Assembly: GCA_017654855.1 (NCBI GenBank)
Contig: CM030338.1
Coordinates: 2,294,001 to 2,358,000 of the forward strand
Length of the DNA: 64,000 nucleotides
Direction of reading: 5' to 3'
From: Podospora anserina
Taxonomy: Eukaryota
Both the position numbers and the translations under genes were made by a program. The notes beneath the pieces were generated by a model. That model was not told the DNA's origin, searched no databases, and was given only the letters and a program-made list of their open reading frames with translations. This document shows, one piece after another, positions 27,331 to 38,522 of this stretch (position 1 is its first letter; the number at the start of each line of letters is the position of its first letter).

Positions 27331-28470
27331 ATGCGCTCAATACGCCCCCTCCTCACCCACCACCTCCGCCTCCGTCCACCACCACGGCTCCCTCATCTTC
27401 TCACACCTCACGACCAAAAACCATACTCCTCCTCCCCTTTACCACCACCACCACTGATAAACCCCGAATCCTACCTCGCCTCCGCCCGCCAAAAGTTTGT
27501 CTCTCAACCCCCCAAAATCATCTCAGCAACCCTCACCCGCTCAAAAGCAGACCAGCTCACCCTCGCCCTCGAAGACGCCAACCCCGCCTTTCGCCAATCG
27601 CACGGTGAATTCGAGAACGGTGACCCGCTTCCGCAGGGGTATCACATGGTTTACTTTGAACCTAAGATATCGTCTTACCAGCCGATGGCTGACGGGACAG
27701 ACCCGTATCATTTCCCGGGGGGGCCTTTCGCAAGAAGGATGTGGGTTGGGGGGGAGGTAGATTTTGAGAGGGAGTACATGGGGTGTATGTTGCTGGGTGA
27801 AGGGGGGAAGGAAACAAAGGCGGAGTGTAGGGAGTGGGTTGAGAGTGAGGGGGTGGAGGTGAAGGGGGGGAAGGTTTTTGTCGAGGTGGGGAGGGAGTAT
27901 TTTGCTGTGACAGGGGAAGAAAAAGTGAAGGTGCTGACAGAGAAGAGGAGGCTGGTGTTTTTGAGGCCGTTGGAGGAGGAGCTGGCGCGGCAGGTTGAGA
28001 GACTGAGACTGGGTGACAAGAAGGCCGTGGAGAGGAAAAAGATCAAGGTTCCTTGGAGACCGTTTTTTTCCTTTTCTCTTAGGCCGGATGCCCAGTTTTT
28101 GTCGTTGTTTTCTGTCTTGACGAGCAATGCTCATCGGATTCATCTTGATAGCAAGTATGCGAGGGTGGAGGAGGGGTATAAGGATGTGCTGGTTCATGGG
28201 CCTTTGACGCTGGTGTTGATGTTGGAGGGTCTTGCGTCTTATTTGCACAAGAGTGGAAAGGAGAAGAGGAGGTGGATAAAGAGTATGAGCTATAGGAACT
28301 TGGCGCCGCTGTTTAAGGGGGATGAGGTGAGGGTTTGTGGTGCTTTGGCCAAGAGTCAAGGGGGTGGGGAAGGGGAGGAGGAGTGGGTGGTTTGGATTGA
28401 GGATTTCGAGGGGGGGTTGGCGGTCAAGGGGAGTGCTACGGTTGTTGGTAGGCAGGTGATGGGGTCGTGA
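27331..28470 (+). CDS. Mitochondrial hot-dog-fold dehydratase (HTD2 / mesaconyl-C4-CoA hydratase-like)
   Basis: Arg/Leu-rich presequence; motifs LPQGYHMVYF, DGTD, FARRMWVGG, FSVLTSNAHRIHLD..Y, VHGPLT and YRNLAPL. Confidence 0.85.
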   Translation: MRSIRPLLTHHLRLRPPPRLPHLLTPHDQKPYSSSPLPPPPLINPESYLASARQKFVSQPPKIISATLTRSKADQLTLALEDANPAFRQSHGEFENGDPLPQGYHMVYFEPKISSYQPMADGTDPYHFPGGPFARRMWVGGEVDFEREYMGCMLLGEGGKETKAECREWVESEGVEVKGGKVFVEVGREYFAVTGEEKVKVLTEKRRLVFLRPLEEELARQVERLRLGDKKAVERKKIKVPWRPFFSFSLRPDAQFLSLFSVLTSNAHRIHLDSKYARVEEGYKDVLVHGPLTLVLMLEGLASYLHKSGKEKRRWIKSMSYRNLAPLFKGDEVRVCGALAKSQGGGEGEEEWVVWIEDFEGGLAVKGSATVVGRQVMGS

Positions 28471-28710
28471 TAGACAACACAGTGCTACAAATTGTAATGT
28501 GTGAAAACTGTGCCTTGATGTATCCTTGATTTCATGCTAATAGTAATAACAGACCATGTCTTGCTCTCTTTTCAACCCGTTGTATCCATGTCATGTAATA
28601 TGTAAGTGATAATACCAAAATATAAAAACAAACAAATCATCAAAGTGAAAACCACCGCCCTCGTTCATGATTGTACATCCCAACTTCCCTCTCTTACACA
28701 AGACACCTCA

Positions 28711-30484
28711 CTACCTCCGCGGACTCACAGCCCGTTCCCACGCCCCCTCAAAACTCCCCTGCGGATCTTGCCCAACGACAACAACACTCTCATCACCACC
28801 CCCCACAACGGTTGACCCTTCCAACCCAGGTGATTTGACCTCCTCCCTCACAAGACCACTTACGCCACCCCCAGCGACGGTCTCATTTCTCCTCTGCTGC
28901 TCCCTCTGCAGCAGCTCCAACTCCTCATCCTGCGCGATCTCCGCTTGCCAATTGGAAGAATACACCACCGCAGCAAAACCCTCCAAATCCCTCACCTGCT
29001 CCATCGCCTGCAAGTACCGGTTCGGCATCCCATTCCCGATATCGTGCGCCTGCCTCGTAAGCACGGAGAGGATCTTGGGAAGAAGCACCGCTCTTGACGT
29101 GAAGCCGGACATGTCCTCTGTTATGGTTGACACACCCACCACATCCTTGGCCAGCTGCCCCTTGAGAGTATCAAAGCCCGCGTCGAGGATCTGAGTTAGA
29201 ACGCTGGAGAAGGTGGGGGAGTCGATCAGGTCGGCTGTCTCATCCAACAACCGGCGTAATTGGACCGAGGTAGGGGTGATGTCTTTCCCAGTTGGGGATG
29301 GGGACGGGGAGGAGTCATCCAAGATCCCTGATTCGCGAAGGACGAAATCCTCAAGCTTTTCGGGAGGGAGGAGGAATCTGAGCCAAGCTGTGCCCACCCC
29401 TGAGGAGGGAGAGGAGCCTTCCACAAGGGTTCTGACGTTGGAGGTGAGTTGGAGGAAGTTCTCGATTGTAACGGTGTCGCGGGGGGAGAGGTGGCCAAAG
29501 ACCTGGCGGACGGCAGTCTCTACACGCTGCATGACGTCTACCCAGCCGCGGTTGAGAAGCCACCAGGAGAAGGTGAGGTAGCGGCGGTTGACTTCAAAGT
29601 CGGAACCATAATAGTGCTCGGGATTGTTGCCGTCGTCGTCGTTGTTTTCGAGGGAGATGGTTTGCTGGGCGGAGCCGGTGGCGAGGGAGACGACCGAGGA
29701 GAGGTAGGAGCGGCGGCCAAGGAGGTTGAGTTGAATGCGGGTTAGCATGGTTAGGAGGGAGAGCGTGTAGAGGAGAGTGTAGGCTCGGGTGATGGCTGGA
29801 GAGACAGGGGGGAGTTAGTATTGGGGGTTGGAATAGGGGTGGGCAGGGGGCGTACAGCTGATGGTGAGGTCATTCCAGAGTTGCCTTTTGGTCTTTTTTG
29901 GTTTGGGGGGTACTGAAAGGGCATCGCCTTCTTGGGCACCGTCGACAGGGACATTGCCGTCCCCTGAGATGGCAGCTGCTATGGAGGTTGGGACAGCAAG
30001 CTGACTTGTTTGTAGGCCGGCGTCACTTGTGACACTGACGCTGAACATGCTCCTTCCATCGTCATCTGTCTCTGCGGAAAGGCTGGGTGGACTTGTTGAT
30101 CCGATGCTCTTCGTCCTGGCTACGGCAGAACCTTTCATCTGTTGGATTTCATATGTGATTCTCTCTGTGTTCATCGCCTCGAGGATGTTTGTCGTGGCGG
30201 TAGGTAGGAGGGCGAGGACGGTGAAGGTGCAGTCCTCTTGGTTTTGTTCGAATCGTCGTCGCAGACTGCACAGACAGATAGCATCAGCATTGGGGTGTTC
30301 ATCAAGGAGGCAGAGAGAAGGCATACTTCTCCTTGGCGATGCGATCGCTGCTCATGCGCTCGCGCGCATCCTGGAGTTTGCCCAAGACATAATTGGTGAC
30401 AACATAGCCGGCGCCGATAACACCAGCACCGATGGCGAGAGGTGTTCGGTTGCGGCGGAACCACCGCTTCGTGGCGGCCAACAT
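28711..30484 (-). CDS. PEX3: Peroxin-3; three exons
   Basis: N-terminal RWFRRNR plus hydrophobic anchor; LRRRFEQNQEDCTFTVLALLP, KRQLWNDLTIS, RIQLNLLGRRSY, YLTFSWWLLNRGW and FAAVVYSSN. Confidence 0.95.
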
Positions 30485-30632
30485 GGCAGAGTTTTGGGGG
30501 ATTCGAGCTCGATCACAGCTCCTCCTTAGAATCAGGAGACGGCTACCTTATGCATGTGGTTGACGGGATGCACGTCTACACTACCGGGGGCGCGACACCA
30601 GCTGCTCTGGGCCTCCAATCGCGCTGAGCGAA

Positions 30633-30638
30633 CCTCGG
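30633..30638. promoter_or_regulatory. Candidate FarA/FarB (CCTCGG) fatty-acid response element in the PEX3/ATG101 divergent promoter
   Basis: Exact CCTCGG about 150 bp upstream of the PEX3 ATG. The motif is known from Aspergillus peroxisomal gene promoters, but a 6-mer can occur by chance. Confidence 0.4.
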
Positions 30639-30992
30639 CTCTGCGGTTCTGATAGGGCTGATACCGTGATCCGGGGTAGGAAATCTGGAGTCAACCCTAA
30701 CCCTTTGACACTCTGCAACTACCCCACGCCCAGCCCAGGGAGGGGCCTTCTTCACAATCCACCGCCGCTTCCGTTTCGCTGATGGCCAACGTCACAGTTT
30801 GCTCGCCACGGACTGCCCCTGCCCCTCACCCGTAGCGTTGTCCGCTATCGTTTAAAATGTTACTTTTGCTACCCCTCCACTCCCTCGCTCAATGACACCA
30901 CAACCACCACCACCACCACCACCACAGCTGTCTGGATAACATCACCACCTTTTCACTATCAGCATCAGTCATATCAGCAAATATCAGCAACC

Positions 30993-31785
30993 ATGAACGC
31001 GGAGGGCCCGCCCGAGTTTCTGCTCGAAGCATTCGCCGACCCTAACACGGTGCGGGATGTTGTTCGCGGTAGGCTTCCCCTATTCACCCCTGTCTGCCCC
31101 TCCATCCTCTGATTGTCCTGCTCTACAGGTATTCTGCACACCATATTCTTTATGCGTTTCTTCCAGTCCATCCAGGCTGCCACAGCCACACGCGACTGTC
31201 TCGGGATCGACCTCGCCTACGTTCCCGACTCCGCAATCGAGACGCTGATCGACCAGCGCGCAACATCACTCGCACGACAACTAGACGCTGAGCGCCCATC
31301 AGGAGGAGGTGGCCGCGGTCAGATCACTGTTCAGTTCTTTGAGAAGAAGCGTCGTAAGGGGACCTGGTTCGGGGCCGACGATGAGCTCTGCTGGGAGAGG
31401 TGGACCATCAAAATTACCGTCGCTGAACCCAAGACGGAGAGTGGTATGTTGATTTGACCTTTACTTTTTGTCCATTTTGTATCACCGAACACTAACTCAC
31501 CCTCTTCGAAATATAGACCGTGCTAAGGTCCGGAAAGCAACCGAAACCACGCTCCGCTCTACCGTCTTCAAGATCATGACCTGTGTGACCGGCCACATGG
31601 ACCACATCCCTCCCATCACCGAATCCAACGTCAACCCCTTCCCGTACCGCATTTACATTGGTAATCCTCCAAGTAATCAGCAATCACCATCATCGCAACA
31701 AAAGGCTGCCACGGCTGCTGCTGGAGTCGGAGCTAGAGTCGACGCTGTAGCGGGTGGCTGGGCAAAGAAGATGGGGATCTATTAG
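30993..31785 (+). CDS. ATG101: Autophagy-related protein 101 (HORMA, DUF1649); three exons
   Basis: VRDVVR|GILHTIFFMRFF...GQITVQFFEKKRRKGTWF (WF finger)...CWERWTI...DHIPPIT...NPFPY...GWAKKMGIY*. Confidence 0.92.
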
Positions 31786-33547
31786 GAGGATTTCCTCAGC
31801 AGTGACGCAGTCACAAAGGTGGTTGATATCGCAAAGGATATTGGTGACAAGGTTGCTGCCGCTACGAAGGAAGTTGAAAAGAAATTTGACGTTTACCTGG
31901 CACAGTTGGAGGAAGAGGCCAGGAGGGCCGAGATGGAAGAGGTGAGGAGAAATGAGGAGTGGTTGCTAGTGGCTGAGGAGAGTCGGAAGAGGAATATGGA
32001 GCCGGCTGGTCATGGTGGCGTCGAGGAAAAGAATCTACCCAAGGGCAAAAAGCACGATCACCAGCAGCCCCCCAAGAAAGATGATCAGTATGAGGAGATT
32101 CTCTAGGATGTGGACGGCCTTGGAGAGGGACCACCCGAAAGCAGCTGTTCGAGTTCGGAATCGTCTGTGTGTTCCTCAACAATACTGCTGTCCGGATCGC
32201 AGGAACTTGATCCCATAACAATGGGGCAAATCCTCCCTAAGAAAAAGGGCACAGACCCACCGGGGCGCGACATGGTCGATAGTTGGGAAGAGCAAAAGCT
32301 GCATGGTGTTTTCAGGGATCAGAAGAACTGCAAGGAATAAACGGGACAGGCGTTTGCTAATTAGAAAAGGACGGGAAACGGGCGTTTGGATTTGGTCATT
32401 ATGCTTCAACGCTACATTTGTAACACAGCACGGAAGGGAGAACAGCAGGTTCATGGTGGCTTTCGACAGTCAGAGGTGGGTATCACGCGCAACATGGCGG
32501 ATTACAGCGAGTCTAGGGATACAACTGAAGGCGCTAGTCATGGGTAGTTATAGATTTTCTTATCAGGTAGGTACTAGGTTCATCGAGATACCCCTTTTTT
32601 TCTTGACTCTTTCTCTGCGAGGAGAGGATACACAATACAATTACTTTCTAATGTTGCGTCTTGGTTCTCTATCTTGTCTCAGTGTTGACTTTGAATTATG
32701 CCTGTCAGCTGGCTGGGTTTCGGTATGCGGTTGGCAGCGGTGTGGACTGTTGTCTGATCCTTTTTACGTTTGATGTGGCAGAGAGCTTTTACAAGACTGT
32801 TCGTGACGATGGTAGGCGGTGCAGAGGGCGCTGCATTTTGTTTTGAGGGGTTTGAGAGAGGTTGAGGATGGCATTCGAGATGGTCGCGGTGATGAGCTGG
32901 ATGAACAAGAGGGAGGAGGCGGGGCAATGGGGGAGGAGGATACGGCTAACACAGATGACCCGGAGGTGAGGAAGGGTAGGGTAGGCGGGCTGGTTTTGGA
33001 TTGGTTCTCTATGTTCATTCCGGTGCTTAGAGTAGTAGGTACTTCATGTCAAAACAATTGAGCCGTTTTCTCTCGTCCAACAACTTTCAATGGCAAGAGT
33101 CTTTTCCATCAGCGGAACCCCATCCTGTTTGGGAGGAGCAGGGCGCTACCAAAGCGTGGAGTCAGAGGTTAATATAGGCAAAGATAGGGAAAGCGAACCT
33201 GAGACTGAATGGGGTGGTTGGATATCAGTTCTTATATATTTCACTCTCATGATCGATTAGGTGCCAGCTATCTTACAGACTGGACAGGTCGTCAGTTGCC
33301 AATGATCTACCTCATTCATCATCTCTTGTTCTTCAGGGGCGGAAAGAGGCACAGGGTTAGGGTTTTGGCAGTCTCTCGAAAATACCCTTGAACCCCCTGA
33401 AAAATAAAGCGCTGTTGGCCCATCAACTCCACTGATCCATTCTCAGCATCTCAACTTGAACATGTCATCACAGCGATTATCAAAGCTCTGTACAGAATGC
33501 AATCTGGTTTGTCCCTCAATCATTCACGGCCATCAGCCGCGCGATAA

Positions 33548-36500
33548 TCAGTGCTTGTGTTTGTGTTCCTCCTCCTTCTCCTCATCCGCAGGGTCCATGT
33601 TGACAGCAGGCCAGTTGGCAAAAGTAGTCTCCCCGATTGTAACCTTGCCCGTAGTGATGGGCGCCGAGCCATTCTTGTACTGCTCATACATCTCGTATAC
33701 AGACACGCTATGAACAGCACCCTTTGTGAGGGAAAGGCCTGCCGATTCGAGGAGGACGCGGTTGGTGTCATTGTCAAGGGGCCTGTGGAGTAGTTAGACT
33801 TCTGCCAGCATTTGTTTTCCGAAAGGAGGGACCAAGGTAGACTTACAAAGGCTGGATGCTGTTCTCAAACACATCGTCCAACACGACAACTACCCCCTTC
33901 CTTAATTGCTCATCGCTCAGATCGGACTCCAGGTCAAGAGTCACCCGCTCGTGGCTGATCTGGGCGTTGGGATAGGCTTTCAGCACGTGATCGAGGTGCA
34001 CCTCGTTCTTGTTACCGTACAGGTAGAACGGCATCTTGTCCGGGTATGTCGTCTCCAAGGCGGCGTAAGACATGGACTCCTTGACTATGACCCTGATGTT
34101 GCTTAGCTCGATGTTGTCCTTGAGCGGCGGTGCGCCCGGCGGGGGTATCCCCACGTCCAGGCGCCACTTGGTGCTGCTGCCTGGTTTGAGCAGGTTCTCC
34201 AGAGTCTCTTTCTCCATGTTGGCAAGTGTGTAAACCACGCCTGGGTTCTCGCTGCGCAGCTTCTTGTAGTACTCCACCACATCCGGGGGGAGATTGCCCG
34301 TGATGACCAGTTGCCAGCGGTGGTTGGCCATGTTGAACATGGGGATGTGCGTGAGGTAGATCTCATCCACGCCCTGCATGACGAAGCCATGAACATCAGG
34401 ACTGAGCTTGTTACGCTTGATGCAGCGTTTGATCCCTTCGAGCGCGACTGCCCTGAAGTCCTTGACTATAGTCTTCATAAAGTCTGGACTCGTGGGCCAG
34501 GGGCTCATTGTGACATTGACGAGGAATCGAAGGTCGCCCCGGGCCAAGTTGATACCGTCGTCGAGTCCCAGGCGGGTCTTGAAAGTACGAAGGCATCTGC
34601 CATAAGCCTCTTCACCGAATACAGATGAGGTCAGGAATAGGGGGCGCGCTGCCACAACATCCTTGTCGGACGAGACGGAAAGCTGTGAGAAGATCCACTG
34701 GTTGAGATAGTTCGCTTCTCCCTTCATATCATGAACCGTTAGTCCACCATTCGCTGTATGTGGAGAGCGACAGTAAACTTACCACATCCTGATTGATGTC
34801 GTCCCCAATCTTGAAGTTGCACGCAAACGCATTGATCATGAGGTCACCAGCCAGCTCACACAAAAGCTTCCATGTCTTCTTGTCCTCGAAAAGCTCTTCG
34901 TTGGTCCGGTTCAAGATCTTGTCTCTGATCAGCTCCTTCTGGGCTTCAATAGCCTCCGGTGACTCGCCTGCCTTCTCCGTCGGAAGACGAATGAGAGGAA
35001 CAACGACGAGGGATTTCTTGAGTGACTCATGTTCGGGGTCAGGTTCCCCCTGTGTCTCATCTGCGCCGGATTCAGATTCTGGGGACGGGGCCATGGTGGC
35101 CCAATAACAGTACAGCTAATCCCATATCTGATTAGAGACCCCGGCGACCAGCAACTTCAAGCTGGAGGGAGTGTTCTGAACGTACCTTTGTGCAGGAGAA
35201 AACAGCCTCACCCAGCAATCTGCCATAACCATCATTGTGCAGACCTATCGTTTTGTGCGTCAACCATGCAGCAGTCGCTGCTGCGCCTGGCTTGCTGCCC
35301 TCCACACCGTAAACACCCATGCTTTCCAAAGCATCACCTTGATGGAAAACAATAGGGCTGGTCCAGGTAACGAGGTATCTCATACGCTGGTCACGGTAGC
35401 AGAGCCCGCCCGCAGGATAATTGATGTAACCAGACCTTTCCCATCGTGTCAGAAACTCTGAAATCGACATAGGCGGGGAAACACTCACTTGTGCGGGTCG
35501 ATAGTGATGCTCTCGGCGTGGCGGAGGTTCCGAAGCTGCTTCACAGTATATGGCTGCAAGGGCATAGCGGGTACATACGGAAGGAAACCGTCTTGGTCCC
35601 CCCGCTCCCTGAGCGTGGCAGCAAAATAGCCTCCCCAGGCGGCATCGCAGTGAATGGCGAAGGAGACGCCTTCGTTCCTTTCAAACTCGTCACGAATCTT
35701 GACAATCTTAGCCACGGGGTCGCAGGCACCGTGCTCAGTAGAGCCGATGATGGCTACCACGCCATAGATTGGGATCTTGGCGTCAACACATTCCTTCAGG
35801 CGCTTTCGAAGGTCGTTGGTATCCATGCGAGCCTCTTCGTCTACATCAACGTCGATAAAGTTGATCGAGCCAATACCAGAGATGGCTACATGTGCAACGG
35901 CCAGTGTTAGAAGGAAAAGAGACCAACGTCGTTCTCAAAGGGCAAGAGAAACTCACCTCCGCCCTTGGGCCAGGAATAATGCTTGGTAGCACTGATCAAG
36001 AACTTCCCAGGTTCAAACCCATACTTTTGCTCAATCACGCTCTTTCCGGTGGTCTGAATGAGGTAGGGTTTGAGAGCAGCCTGCAAGAAAGTTGAAGAGA
36101 TGGAGTACTGCTCAGCCAGAGTTGACGGTATCTCGAGGATGGTGGAGGGCTTGAGATTTAGCAGCTCCTAGGTGGACAACTCTGTGAATAGCTTGGCGTC
36201 CCCTGTGCTGGTTTTGACTTCGAACGCACCAGCAAGAAAATTCAGGGATCCTTCTTCAATCGCTCGTTTGAGAGAGAAGGGATAAAACTTGAGGTTGCGG
36301 ACTAGAGGAGACTGTTAGACACCTTCCCTGTAAATTCAGGGAACAGGGACATTCATACTCGCCCAGATAGCCTCAAGGTTAGCGACGGATCCATCCTGAA
36401 GACAACAAAGCGTCAGTAATTCACAGCAATACAGTGTAGCACGGTTCTAGATATAACTCACACAAGTGATGTGGCCCCAGGAATCTGTTCCATATCCCAA

Positions 36501-36988
36501 CATTCTTGCAAGCTCCTGTCCGACCTCTCTCTCCAGCTTGGTCGTGTGTGGGCTAGCCTCAGTGGCCACATTGTTGGGATTGTACATCATGGCCGTCATG
36601 TCTGTATATTATCAGTAGTCACCTCGGTCAACAGAGAGAATAACAAATCTATCCACATACAGCCAACAATGCTGGAAAGGGCAACATCCATATTCATATG
36701 AGCATTGTATCTGGGAGACCAAAACGGCACCGACTTTGCGGCCAACTCGAGGGAAAGTTTATCGACATCAGATGTCAAAGTCTTGATGCTGTTTTGGTAG
36801 TCTTCCAGTTCCTTCATCCCTTCGGTGATGAACTCGGGGTCTCCGGCATAGAGCGTCTTTCTGGCCTGGGCTTGATGGTTGAGGACGGTGCCAAAGAGAT
36901 CGTGAAGGACCTGGAAATTCTCGGCCCTGGGGCCCAAGAACCAGGAACTGACCAAAGCATGCTGGGTTATGTTGTCGTCGTCCGCCAT
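33548..36988 (-). CDS. Large (~980 aa) group II PLP-dependent amino-acid decarboxylase (fungal non-canonical AAAD/tyrosine decarboxylase-like); about nine exons; contains one in-frame TAG at 36170-36168
   Basis: [104 protein letters not shown] (PLP lysine) and GVEGSKPGA, plus a C-terminal appendage (YLTHIPMFNMANHRWQL). Splice sites are canonical. Confidence 0.9.
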
Positions 36989-37802
36989 GGTCAAGGGCTG
37001 TGTGATGATGGGATGATCAGGGAGGATGGATGCTGTGAAGTAAGGTACAGGACAGAAAGGAATGTGTGAGATTCCGGTCTTGAGCTGGCTGGAAATGGTG
37101 CCCCTTCTTATACCAGCGTTGTTCAGCATGCTGCCACTCGGCACCTGGGCCGTTCACGTCAACCCGATTTTTCTCATGGAAGCATACTTGCCAATCGATT
37201 GATGGATCCGCACACCTGCAGCTGCGGTATATCTTTCCAAGGTCTGAATTTCCATACAGGCAAGCGCGGGACGAGTCAAAAGGCTTCATGGGCGAGAACA
37301 ACGCCGAGGCGGGGTTGATCAGCCATGAATACTTTGATCTGTCATTGCCAGTCAGGTTAGCAGAGGTAGCAATGTCATGGAGTTCCGAGTAGACACCCAG
37401 CTGAAATACAACCCACCGCTACCTAGCGGATGTGGGCTTGCATGGCTTCGAGGAGCTTGGTCTGCCATAGAGCGACTGGAAAGCCTGGAGACGTACTCTG
37501 GGCTATCCCAAGTTTCCAGATAGGAAGTCAACGCTGGCACTAGTAGCCCTTCAGGCAGCTGAGTGATGCATGTTTCCATCTGGCTGCAGCTGGAGTTCTA
37601 GACCTAGGAGTGCGGAGAATAACTGGGGCAACTGACAACCTCAGCTAGCCACCTTCACCTCGTCACTTCCACAGCTAACCATCCACACTTATCACCACCA
37701 CTAAAGCCTCCATTCCCATGCAGCTGTCCTATAAGCGGACCGCACCGCTCTGCACGTCGATCCACTGCCGTCATATATTGGAGAAGATCAAGACCGACCG
37801 AC

Positions 37803-38075
37803 TTGTCGATTGGCGTCAACAAGTATGATACCAAAGAGATCAATGACCTCTTCGGCTACGTCAGGGACGTCGAGATCGCATATCTTCTGAAGCAGATTGC
37901 CAACAAAGGGGCCATCGTCAATGCGGTTCTTGATTCTTGCTACTCGGGCAGACCCGTGATGGCGACGGCACTCGAGGATCCGACCACATCCTATTCAGTA
38001 GAGAGGTACATAGAGGGCGAATTTTGTAATGAAAGGGTTGGTCCTGGGCTGTGTTCTGCCAAAATAGTTTCTTAA
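37803..38075 (+). pseudogene. Relic of a peptidase C14 (caspase/metacaspase-like) domain gene
   Basis: LSIGVNKY...NDLFGYVRDV resembles the C14 N-terminal strand/helix and is fused directly to EIAYLLKQIANKGAIVNAVLDSCYSG (catalytic Cys motif D-S-C-x-S-G). There is no His-motif segment and no ATG start. Confidence 0.6.
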
Positions 38076-38522
38076 GTTAAAAATCGACTCCCATACGTCA
38101 AAGTAGATGCGAAACTTACTAGATAGAACCAACCAGATATATCAGTCTCCTCTTACAACATGAGAAAAAAAACAGCTGAAACACATCACATCACATTCAA
38201 CATCATCAAGTGGAACAGCCAAGTACTGTACATCTACCAAAAAAGGCAGACTCTTCTTTATTTGACGACTCCATGGTATCTTGAATAAAAATTCCAGAAG
38301 AAGCTTCCTGTTACCCCTTCACACGCGCACTGCTTGGTGAAGGCAGACCGTAAAATAGGCCATGAGCAAATGAACACACATCTTGTTGAAGATGGCGATG
38401 CTCCCAGGCCCCTCTCTTCTTCTCTTCTCCCATTCTTCTTTCTTTCCCGAAAGAAACAAAACCCACCCAACACCGAACCGAATGAATCTCCTCTTTTTTT
38501 CTTTCACCCATAACAAAAAAAA

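Noticed and set aside
32661-33061. Possible degenerate coding fragment between ATG101 and the decarboxylase
   Set aside because: Multiple stops and no identifiable family.
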